Made by a program: the position numbers and the translations under genes. This document shows positions 51,810 to 63,523 of a stretch of 64,000 bases of DNA, piece after piece. Positions within the stretch are counted from its first letter, which is position 1; the number at the start of each line of letters is the position of its first letter. This DNA comes from Balanoglossus misakiensis (Eukaryota; Animalia; Hemichordata): the NCBI GenBank assembly GCA_040954595.2, contig CM082583.2:8480254-8544253 (forward strand), read 5' to 3'. The notes under the pieces were generated by a model, which saw only the letters and a list, made by a program, of their open reading frames with translations, searched no databases and was not told the origin of the DNA.

Positions 51810-54800
51810 ATGTCGCTGGAAACGGAACTCAGACAGAGATCGCAGGTCAAAAAGCCCGAAGATGAGGCTCCAGGCTCCAATGATGAAGATGACGAGATGA
51901 TGGAAGATGAAGATTCCAGGACAACAGAACAACTCCTCAGGGAAGCAGTCAGCGAAGGGGAACTGGATGATTACGAAAGCATCAGGCGGCAAAAGGAGTA
52001 CTTGGAGAGATTGATTGCCGAGGAACGATTGAAACAGAGGAACCAGTTTTTCCTTGAAAGCGTCAAGTTTTCTCCACTCCGCCTTTTCGGTGTTCTGCTC
52101 CTGGTCAGATTTTTGAATGTGTTCCTGGTACAGACATTCTATGTCCCTGACGAATATTGGCAATCCCTGGAAGTTGCTCACCATATGGTCTATGGATATC
52201 CTTTAAATACTTATTAGTAAATCAATTCATCCCGATGATATTGTTTCAAAAAGGACATTTTGTAATTTAACATCAGGGGTAATCTTGTATTGTATAACCT
52301 TAACATTAAATACATACGGGCACTTGACCTGGGAGTGGAAGGCTGGAATCAGGGGGTACACTCACCCGTTGATGTTTGCCGGTTTATTCAAGTTTCTGAA
52401 GTGGCTGAATATCGATCATGCAATGGTTCTGGTAAGGATAAAACATGTGAATGATTTCCCCATTCTCCCTTTCATCACAACTCTAGGGTGACTTCTAGAA
52501 AGTTTGGTAGCCTTTGAAGTTGCTCAATCCATAATGGAAGCCTGTAACACCAGATAGCTAAGCATCTTCTGTTAGTCGGATTTCAATATCCAGAAATCGA
52601 ATCTGTCCTGTAATATCTGACTCCTGCATTCACAGATTCTGATGCCAAGGCTCCTCCAAGGCTTCATTGCTGCCGTCGGAGATGTGTATCTCTACAAACT
52701 GGGTCAGAGGCTGTTTGGATCAGAAATGGCGTACTGGGTGGTATCCTTTGAAAGAATACAGTGAATATGGCAGGTGTTTCTGGTGACTCTGTTGTGAATA
52801 CAAAGGGCAGTGCAAGAAGGAAGCAAACAAAGAAACAAATCACTAGTAACATCAGATCTCTTGTGCAATATGGACTTTTCCTTGACAGACGCATCAGTTG
52901 CTATGCTACCTGACATCGTGGTTTGTATGTTACATAGCAACGCGGACATTGTCCAACTCAACTGAGATGATACTGTTGATCGTTGCCTTCTACTACTATC
53001 CGTGGCCTGAGGAGTATTTGGATGACAAAAAGAAAAAGTAGGGTAGATTTTCTGCGACTGGAGTCAGTCTGATCAGCTACTTTCAGCACAGAACCAAAAG
53101 TGGAATTTGGAGAGTTTTTCTTCCCCAAGCTGCGTGTGTATTCTTTTTTGGTTGTATTGTTTGCCCAAATCATAATTTGTGGCTAGTCATGTCCATTCAT
53201 ACTACTCCACAGGTTTCCAAACTGGATATATCTGTCCATAGCTGCTCTTGCCTGCATCATACGACCCACGGCTGCTATTGTGTGGTTTCCTCTGTGCGCC
53301 TGGCACTTTGTCAGGGCTGAAAGTAAACTCAGATTAATCTTTCTGGGTATTTTACCTGTCGGGTAAGTTTTACTCAGTTTTCCTTCAGTGGATACTTGAT
53401 GTTAAGATATTCTTAGTGCATATAAAACACTTATACATCTTAGGCCTTGCCGGTTGTGGTAATGACTTTACTTATGATTTAAAAATGATTCTTTATATAT
53501 TTTTTTGTTCAGAATGTGTGCTGCGGCATGGTCAGCTTGGATTGATAAGATTTTTTATGGCCAGGTGAGTTTTTCACTTGGAACTAATTTTTTGCTGTTT
53601 TCATCAAAATAACTGTCCCACTGGACTAAAATATAATCCCATTGCAAATTCTTACTTCAGTGTTAGATCCATCATCTGAACTTTGTGAGAAAATGAAGAT
53701 TATTTTTATTACATTTCAGTGGATCTTTGTGCAATACAACTTCTTCAAGTTGAACTTTTTTGAAGACATCGGTGCCAACTATGGCTCTCACCCGTTCTAC
53801 TGGTATTTCATCACTGGGGTGCCTATCATTCTGGGAACACACATTGTTCCATTCTACTTTGGAGTCCAACAATGCTGGAAAGATTCCAAGTACAAAGAGT
53901 TGATCTATCTGATGCTATGGACTGTTATAGTCTACAGGTAAGGCAATACCGTTATCCTGGTGCCAACATCTTGGGATTTTTTTGTAGATTTCAAAACTTG
54001 CTCCCCTATTTCACATCTTTCATTCCTCCCAATGAAACTATAACCACATTTGTTTACAAGTAAAGGAGGGTTTTCCTGACAAGTCTCATGTTAATTTATT
54101 CAAGCTGTTTTCTTTTGTATTTTTTTTGTCAGTGTCCTTAGCCACAAGGAATTCCGCTTTCTATCAGCCGTATTACCAATAGCCATGCTGTTCTGTGGTA
54201 GGTGTCCATGTGTAGTCTAATCATAACACTACTGAAAGTGTTAATTAAGTACAATAAATAAAGTGACTGACACAGTGCCGTCATAAAGCTGTGGTATTAA
54301 CTGACAAAAAAGGATAATTTTGACTTGTGTGAACTGTGAACATGTTCAAACACACCTCAAGTTCCCTGCTTGTCTTTATGTAGGACATATCCCTGTTAAA
54401 ATCCTGAAAACTTTCAAAAGTAAAGTGGCCGACCTCTCACACATGGCATCTTCCTTTCACAGGTATGGCAATGCACAACTACAGCAAAAAGGTCTCCTGG
54501 GGTTCCTTCCTCATTCTGAGCCTGCTCGTCACCAACCTTCCGGTAGCGCTCTACTTCGGCATGTTGCACCAGCGCGGAGTCATGGATGTGATGCCCTACC
54601 TGCAGAATCTCTGCCAGAATGCCAAGGACACCAAGAGTATGCCCTCGGTGACTTTTCTGATGCCCTGTCATTCTATGCCTTACTACAGGTAATGTTTGGC
54701 AAAGTCAGAAATGGGAAATTTGGAGCAAACTATGGTGATGGATGGGAGTTTGGATTGGTGACATACCAGTGTATGTTACACATATACATTTGTATCATGC

Positions 54801-55640
54801 GCTGGGAACTTGCAACAACGATGCCCTTTTTTGTAAATTTCAATTTATACCGAAGAAGAACCACATTTTTTTCTCTTACAGTCACGTACATTACAAGATA
54901 AACATGAAGTTCTTGGACTGTTCACCAAACTGGAAAAACAGAACCCTGTACGTGGAGGAAGCTGAAAGGTTTTACAAGAACCCCCAGAAGTGGTTGACGA
55001 CCAGATATGGCCGAGAGGAAAAACAGCCCACCCTGTTGATCTTCTTTAGTAGTCTGAAAAGTGTAAGTAAATAATAACACTCCCATTTCAGGAATAGAAT
55101 CTGTCTGACAACATTAATATTCTAAAGGAGGCATACACACCCAGGTTTAGTGACTGGGAAACGACTCGCACTTAAGTTTTGATTTGAACATTTTCTTCTT
55201 TCTTCAGAGAATCAAGGCATTTCTCAAGGAGCATCACTACAAAAAGGTATGTGTTGCGTCTCCGATAGCATGGTCAGCTGACGATATGGTGTTTGTGTTC
55301 ACCACCTGCAATCGGCAACAATCAGTTCGCAGTATATGTGTGGCTTGCTCTTTGTGATTAATCTTTGTAGGTCAAAGTTCACGAGTTGGTATCAGAGTAG
55401 GGTCCCGGTCGTAGTTCACAAGTTGCTGCTTTAGGTGTAATACTAGGGCAGCACTGAAAAATTCCTGAACAACCCTGCATTCACATTAAATACAGTAACC
55501 TTTTTATTTGCTTCCAGGTGACTTCTTACTTCCACACTCATTTTCCCGAAGGAAGAATTGGAAAGAAGGTTCTTGTGTATCGGAAATCGCCAGATATGCC
55601 TCCCGACTTTGGTGATGATTTTAAGAATATAAGAACTTAA
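51810..55640 (+). CDS. PIGB: GPI mannosyltransferase 3, ~600 aa, 12 coding exons
   Basis: Exons 51810-52195, 52314-52431, 52636-52740, 52898-53037, 53213-53362, 53513-53564, 53720-53937, 54133-54197, 54463-54688, 54882-55062, 55208-55246, 55518-55640 (1803 nt). Motifs [73 protein letters not shown]. Confidence 0.96.
52196..52313 (+). other. U12-type AT-AC intron in PIGB
   Basis: 5' site ATATCCTTT, branch CCTTAAC at 52298-52304, terminal AC at 52312-52313. Removal restores VYG|YGHLTWEW. Confidence 0.92.
52741..52897 (+). other. U12-type GT-AG intron in PIGB
   Basis: 5' site GTATCCTTT, branch TTCCTTGAC ~52878-52886 close to the AG at 52896-52897, no polypyrimidine tract. Frame is preserved. 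Confidence 0.85.
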
Positions 55641-57979
55641 AATCAGACAAGACACAAGTCCAATAAGAGATAAATGTGGCTTTCTACAAACTCATTACTT
55701 AATATGATAGACAGATGAACTGAATATAATGAAGCCAAAAATCTCTGAGTTCATATAATTTCGTGATAATTATGTAGGTAGCACAGACTGATAATTGTTA
55801 AACTTTTTGCTCAAGAATATTTGCTGGTCATCAGAATAACATTTTGATAGTTTCATTTCTTCCCTTAGAAAATGTGTAATACTGTTATACTGTAACAAGA
55901 TTGAAATATTTGTTTTTCAATAGCTGTAGAAGTCACAAATTTTATTTTTTATTTATTTATTTATTGAGTCAAATTTGACTTTTTTTTACTCTGTCTGAAT
56001 GAGAGATTTCAGTAGGTAGAATTTGATGTGGCTACTTCTGCAAATAATTGATAGAGTGTGCAATAGACTAGTTACTAACAACTGTTGAGTGCTTATTTCT
56101 ATTTTTAGTCAAGAGAAATGCCACTAGTAAATTACATTTTTGTGATGTTGACATTTTGCCTAATATCTCCATTGCAAACATAGTACATAGTGAGAAGTTA
56201 CGAATGTATTTTCCTTCTAGTACTCAGTTGTTAGAACTGTATTCACAATCATGTACCAGCAGATTTTGTCGGAACACTGAACAGATGTTTTCTTTCTCCA
56301 GTTCTGTTCTGTATTTAACTCCCAGTGCTTCCATGATGAACATGTGTTTACAGGCGTATGAAACCAACAACAAATAATACTGGTATGTTTCTTCCCATTC
56401 ACTTATAAGAGATGACAGAACTTTTCATTGAAATGGGACACAATGACTTACTGAAAGACAATGTCTTTGTCACTCAATTTTCAAAACCATTGCATCTTGA
56501 TTGCCACCGAAGAAGGTCATGATGTATGAACTGTTTACAATACACGCTTGCTTCCAACATTTATGAGTTTTGTAATTTTAACGCAGTTACTTTTTTTCAT
56601 TTCTACTGTATTCTAACTTGTGGTAGATTAAAATCTTTTCAAAGGAAAGTTGAGATGTTTATTGTTTATTGCAATCGAGCTGTGCAGATACAACAATGAT
56701 GGCATTCCTTAGATCCACACGTACAAAGAACATTGCTGGTCTTAAAATAAAATGCATCAAATATGTGATACCACAAAGAGCGAGTGTCTATAATCAGTTG
56801 TACATTTACAGCAGAGGAAGGCAGCGTATACCCTATACACAACACCTGATGCTTTAAACATCACAAAATAAAAATCAGCCTTAAATTAATCTTCTTAAAT
56901 ACAAATCATAGTGTGGGATTGCTAACAGTCCCTGGTATAATTGCAGTATTATTTTTATGCAAAGATTTCAACCCTTTGTCAGCACTGATACTGAATGTAC
57001 TATGCCCCCCTCCAAAATTATACACCTTACACTGAAGGAAATGTAAACCTAAAATCAGGAGAATTTCCACCGCCAAAATCATAAACTATAGATTAACATC
57101 AAACTGACGATTATGTAAATAACTGCTACACATTACGAAGAAAGCAGCACATTGTATGAGTATTATGAGAATAATTGCACAAGTGATGTGAATCACACGA
57201 ATGGACTACTGCTCAGCAAAATTATGCCTGACTATTTAAACAAGGAACGGATGATCTCTGAGGTTCGTTTCAAAGCCTACACAAACATTAAGCGTCTCAC
57301 TCCCAGACCTAAAACATTTTCAGGAACAATTTCCACGATATTAAACAGATAAAATTAAATACGCCTGAATGAAACATGACAAACGTGGATATTTGGTATA
57401 ATTTGGAATTACTTCTTCTTTAATTCTTCTAGAAATTTAAAAGTGCATTCTATAGATATTATCTTATACTGCCTTTGATGACTCATAAATTAAATCTTCC
57501 TACATATACTGCAGGATCTAGTATTTTGCACTATAACATTACCACATGGTATGCCGGAAAGGGGTCTGTATGGTGTACCTTTAAACCTCACCAGGGTCCA
57601 TACACTTCCTTGGAAAGTCAGGACTTCCTGATAGTCAGCCAGAATTTTCACCCAGCATTTGAGTTGGAAAACCCCAATTCCTCAATCCATTTTTCTGTGG
57701 CCATTTCTGATTATCCAGCAAACTTCCCTCGATCATGTACAGCTACATCAATTTTCCCTTTTCCCGGGAGTGTAAATGTGATTTCCCCCATTCTTTTTCA
57801 AATGCAATTTTCCCTGGACTTTCCAGGCGTGTATGAACTCTGCCAAACACTGTCTGAATGAATAACAATCTGTGGAATCTGTGCAATTAATAAGTAAGAA
57901 ATTATTCAGTATTATAATTTTTTTTATCCATGATAATGCTGGCATCAAATATCTGCACAGTTCTACGGTAATGGAAGCT

Positions 57980-60900
57980 TCAGGGTCTACGGAGGAACCA
58001 GTTGGACTGGTCGTCCATCTGGTAACTTCTCCACTCCTCACGATGCTCGTACCGTTCCAAGAACCAATTGTACATGTCCCACATGGTGATGCCCGTTCTG
58101 TCATCACTGCGAGCCTGGGCTCGATGAAAGAACCAATTGTCAACGGGGTCCGTGTCGTCCTGCCACTTGGGCTGCTGCCCCCTCTGCTCTTCCCGGTCTT
58201 CCGCCCGTCTGAAGAACCAATCGGCGTCCGCGTCTTTTTCTCTAGTACTGTCGGGCTGTTTCTCTTGATTTTCACCTTGTGCTGCCCTTTCATAGGAAGG
58301 ATCATTGAAAGCTGGTTGTACAACAACAGTCTCTTGATGGAATTCTCGTCTCTTGGTTCGCGCACGGCCCTTTGCCTCCCCTTTCTTCTTGTGTCCGAAA
58401 CCTTGCTTTTTTTCGTCCTTCACTTCCTCTTCTTCCTCCATCGATTCCTTCTTCAGTTCCTTGTCCGGCTTCTGTCGTGCGTCTTCCAGTTCCTTCTCCT
58501 GCTGTTCCCGTGCCTTCTGCTGCCTCCTGTTGTGTTTCTTGGCCCGCTTTTCCATGTCTTCCAGCACTTCCTCGAAGTCTTCCTGCAGTTCTTCCAGGTC
58601 CTTGTCGTCCGGGTGCGGGTCGTCCATGAACTCTTCCAAGTCGCTGAGGAACTCCTCCAGTTCCCTCATGTCCTTCTTGTAATGGCGGTCTTTCAACCAC
58701 TGCCGGTAATGCAACAGCTCCACATAAAGCTTTCGGGCGTCTTCTATCTGTTTGCTGATGCACTGCTTGTTGCCGTGGCACTGAATGTCGTAGTCCTCCT
58801 CAAATGTTTCCCAGTTCCCGATGTTCTCTTCTTTCCGGATCCTTTCTTTACTATTCTTTTTACAGTCTTTCTGTTTGTTGCAACCCAACTTACGTCTGTC
58901 TTGTTTCTGTTTGTTCTGTTCCTGCCTCGCCGTTCTCTTTTTCTCTTCAAAGCTACCATCCTCATCCTCGTTACCCCAGAAACCAAACCACGACTCCTCA
59001 TCTCTCTCCTCACCGGGTAACCTGATCTTTTTGAGAAACTTGCGGTTCTTCACCCTGCCTGGTCTGTACTCTCCATCAACGACAGCTGGGCCTTCCTGGC
59101 GCGCCTTCTTCATTTTTTCCCTCCAAATCTTTTGCGATTTCTTGTAACGGAAATCGCCCGTCTCTTTGTCGTATATCTTGTCCTCCAAAGAAACTCGTTC
59201 TTCCCCGGGTAGTCTGATGAAACTTCTTGGTCTCTTCTTTGCCTTGTTGTTTTTGTCTTCTTTTTGCGAACCCTGGCCATGATATCTCTGTCTTTTCTTT
59301 CCCTTCTGTAGAACTTGTCCCACAGTATCCTTGACACCTTGCCAGGTTGAATCCACCGTTCTTTTGATCGTATCCGTCACAGACTCCAGGGTTGAGCTCG
59401 TGTCCTCACCGTGAAGGATCTTATTGGAGTAGTTCTGCACCGACTGCCAAGTCTTCTGGATGCTCTCCCCGACCTGCGTCACTTTCGACTTGAAATCGTC
59501 CGAGGTGGTGTACGTCTTCAACTCCTGCCACTTGGAGGACACCGTCTCCGAAACCCTCGACCAGGCGGACCGGGTCTTCTTGGCGAAATCGGCAAACTCT
59601 TCCGACTTTGTGAAATTCTTCACCTTGTCCAGGTGTTCCTTCAGCTGGTCGTTCAACGATGTCACCGCCTCCTTGCTGGCGTTGACGTACGTGTTGAACT
59701 GTTCCGACTGGACGAAATCGTTCACCTTGCCCCACTGGTCCCTGATGGTCTCCGAGAGATTACTGATGGCGTCCTCACTGTCGGAGTACAGCTTGGATAC
59801 TGTCTCGCTGAAGTTTGCCAGAGGTGTGTGCCGCAGAGACCTCATGGCTTCCGAGATGTTGACCCGGGGCACAAACATGTTAACGCAGGTAAAGAAGCTC
59901 AGGGCTGGGTCGTCGTCGTCGCTACATGACTTGGATTTGCCGTCGTCGTGGTCATTCACAAACAAGCTCTTCCACATTTCAGCTCTACCTTGGGAGAATT
60001 TCAGCTCCTCCGACAACTTCTGAACTCTCTCCTGGCACGAGACTACAAGGCTGATGTTAACTTCACTTTCCTCCTCAGCAGTGTCCAGATCTTCTGTCCC
60101 TTCACCGTTCGCCCCGACTGTGGCATCAGCTGTTGTGTCATCACTCGCAGCGTCCGAATGCACCTGTTCATCGGCGGTGTATTCCTCATCTCCAATGTCG
60201 TCTTCCAGCATGGTGAGGGCTTGCTCAGTTTCATCAGCGATCCAATCATCCACACGATCTGAAGCCAGGAGCTCTTCCGTTTCTTCCGGTCCATCACCAG
60301 TGTCGAGATCAGATTCATCAGGTTGATCAACCCAGGTGTCTTCTGAGACCATCTCATTCTCTTCAGGCACTTGGGAGTCAGTCACTTGCATTTCATCTGC
60401 TGCATTCACGTCACCACTCGATGACTCGTCTGACTTATGAGTTGTAGCATGCTGATCAGTTTGACCCGACGTCTCGGCACTGATATCATCCTTCACCGGA
60501 TCAGATACCAGATGATCAGGGTTCAAGGTCTCCGTTTCACCACTGACGACTTCCGACTCATCAGATTCAATCATGGTGTCAGTTTGGTCCTCTGGTGAGC
60601 CTGGTTCCACATCCACTGGAGAACACTCTTCAGAATTCTCACTTTCATAGTCATTGGGACTTTCTTGTGCTACAGGTTGTTCGGATGGTGACTCTCGCCT
60701 CTCTTGCCCCACAGGTGACACAGTGTCCTGGCTTCCCGCACTGCACACTGACTGATCAAAATCGGATAAATCCACGCCATCAAACACCATTTCCAGTACT
60801 TCTTCCTTCTCCAAACAACTCAGAAGCTCGTTCTGAAGCGACTTCAGTCTCTGAATCTGTCCCTCCTGAATTTTCTTCTTGTGGTGGTATTCATTGTTTG

Positions 60901-63523
60901 ACCCTGCAATGGAAGTTGAAAAACTTTAAGTACAGGCTAAACAAGTTCAAATCAAAACACCATAACACTGGCATTTGAACTGTACTTACCAATAAAGTGG
61001 CCAATCCCCAGAGCGATCCCTGCAGTCACAACTAATATCAGGACCCAGTTCAGTTTATTATTCAGTCCATCATCTCTGTAGTGGCGATAGCGACGGACAG
61101 CGGGTTTGGTGGCTCCGGGCGTAAGCTCATCCAACGCCGTTTGAGAGTCGTAATCCTCGATGACAGACAGGTCACTGTCCGTGTCATAGTCGTTCAAACT
61201 ATCAGGGCTGTCTGGTCGGTCGCACGGATCGTCGCCACCTTCAACGGCAACTGCAGAGAGAGAACAGGCTTGGTTTGTGATCCCTTTCAGTGCAGACTGA
61301 CAAGAGTACGTGGCAAACTATGCAAATTCAAACACATTTGCTGTGGAAAGTGGAGATCTGACAAATCACAGATTGTCCACATGTGGTCTTGTAAAATAAG
61401 GGGGGTTGCTACCACAGAGCAGAACGAGGTGCTGTATTGGCTAAAGAGGACATCAATAAATATTCAAGAAATTATCATTTGTTTTCAGCTAAAGCCCCTC
61501 TATAGCTAAGCTACAGGCACCACAACCAACGGCTTGTAATGAGGTCTCCCACCATCGAGTCAATCATTCAATTAACTGATGACAATTATTTGTTGTTGTT
61601 ATTTATTGTTGTTATTTGCATAGTTTTTTTGCAAAACACTTCTCATGTGTGTTTCTCATGTCCACAGTGCTGACAGTGTTAATGGTCAAGCCAGTTGGGG
61701 ATATGGAATGCACGCAAGAACCTTCTGCATGCCAAGCTACTACACTGATGCAACTAGAAACTTTAGCTAATTCCATGCTGTGACTTCAAGCTATACAGCA
61801 ACATAGTTAGTGCCATATTTCTTTTCACAATGTCAAGCTGCAGCTGAGATGCATGAGTTTGCGGGAAATGTATTGAAAGCAGGTTAAAAACTGCAGTTAC
61901 GCCAGCAACACATTAATGTAGATCACACTGGAGAAAAACATATCTGGATACACTGGCATGATGCACCTGAGGGACAGAATGGGTTGTTAATGTTGATGTG
62001 AAATTATAAAGTCGTGTACATGGAATGATGAAACACACAAGGTTTTGGTCCCCTGACATGCAGCGGCCAGAAATATACATCTGCATATCATCTTTTTTTG
62101 TGTTTTGATAATTTTTTACGGTCTCATGTGGAGGTCTCACTACTACCTTTAGGCGTCTTACGTGGTAAGAAACTGAAGTTTGAGAGAGAGGACGCTGGAG
62201 ACACACTGGTGCAGGTCGCGCAGGATGATGACAGTTGACCCGTTGCTTGGCAACCTACGCATCCCAGCCCGTCAGGAAAACTAGACGGCTCAATCCGCAC
62301 AAAGTCAGAGTCTGAACTGCTGCTGTCCTCGCTGAGGTGCTTGGGAATCAGGGTGAGGGGTAGTCTGTATGTCATGCCAACAGCACCTGAAGAAAATATT
62401 TTTAAAAGTTAGTAATTTCCAGAGTTGCTAAAAATGACACTAAATTGTACACAGCTTCTTAAAGAATACATAACTGGAACTGCTTTGGCAAGCGGCCTCA
62501 AATTTTATTTGCACTGCAGATGAGACATGATAATCACATGACAGAGTTTTGTATGATTTACCTTCCAGGGTTTCGTCGAAGTGGTTTGCCTCTTCACTCA
62601 ACATGCACGGCGGAACTTCTTCAACATGTCTGAGGTCACCATTACCATCGACTTCATCATCGCCAATAATCACTGTTTCAGTCGATTCCGCTATTTCTCT
62701 GCATTCAATGCGGTCTTTGTCTCCCTCGGCAACCGTGGTTTCATCCTCCTCCTCCTCCTCCTCTTCCCCCACAGTGAGAACCTCTACCTCCTCTTCAGGG
62801 ACTTCCACATCAATGGTTTTCGACTCCACGTAATCCACAGTAGCGGTCTCCTCGGCCGGCATTTCAAAATATTTGATGGGCTGCTTCACAGCGGTCACTT
62901 CAGAATCATCAGCACGCGCGACTTCAGTCCCAGTGTCCAGAGTTGAGATTCCATCACCTGTCGACTGCGACGTTTGTTCGAGGTGTGAAGTGTTTGAATG
63001 CTCTTCAAGACTGTCGATGTCATCATCGTCATGATCTTTACTGTGCTTGCGGTATTCTACGGCGCCGGTCTCCGCCTCCAGAGTGACAAAATCTGAGGAT
63101 GCAGAGTCACTGTCAACACCCTGTAAATACAAAACAGTGCATGTGGTTATCACTTTGCAAACCTAACACAAATGATACAATTGATATTTGTAAACTGCAG
63201 GAGTGTTTTCCTGAAATTTTCTAGGAAAAAAATTGTGACAAATAAAGACAAAAATTGCCTGGAAGAGAACAATTCTGCTATTTTTGTCATAATTTCTTGC
63301 CATGAAATGTCCAGAATTTGTGTGATGCAATCATGATCATAAGTGTTAATGCAAATGGGACAGTGACACTTCACTGTCCACATGGCAACACTGACAAGAG
63401 GCCACGTGGCAACACTGGAGCAAGACCAAACACCATCTAATTCCTTACCTGAATCTTGCCATCTTCATCCACCAAAGTCCAATCGGTTAGTGACTGCTCA
63501 CTATCACTGGAATTTGCTGACAT
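57980..63523 (-). CDS. CCPG1: Cell cycle progression protein 1-like ER-phagy receptor (type II ER membrane protein), ~1350 aa
   Basis: Exons 63523-63449, 63120-62562, 62386-62147, 61250-60990, 60903-57980 (4059 nt, frame-consistent). N-terminus MSANSSDSEQSLTDWTLV (LIR), FIR-like SDFVTLE, TM LNWVLILVVTAGIALGIGHFIG, long lumenal region. Tail-to-tail with PIGB. Confidence 0.85.

Noticed and set aside
54384-54419. Possible extra in-frame 36-nt PIGB exon
   Set aside because: The following intron would be only ~43 nt with a weak donor, and PIGB is complete without it.
44101-55640. Functional link between the GPI-like pentraxin protein and nearby PIGB
   Set aside because: Adjacency alone is not evidence in a eukaryote; PIGB serves all GPI-anchored proteins.
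57872-59020. 382-aa hydrophobic plus-strand ORF and other ORFs overlapping 58300-60978
   Set aside because: Antisense shadow of the K/E-rich CCPG1 exon; no independent start, splice context or domain.
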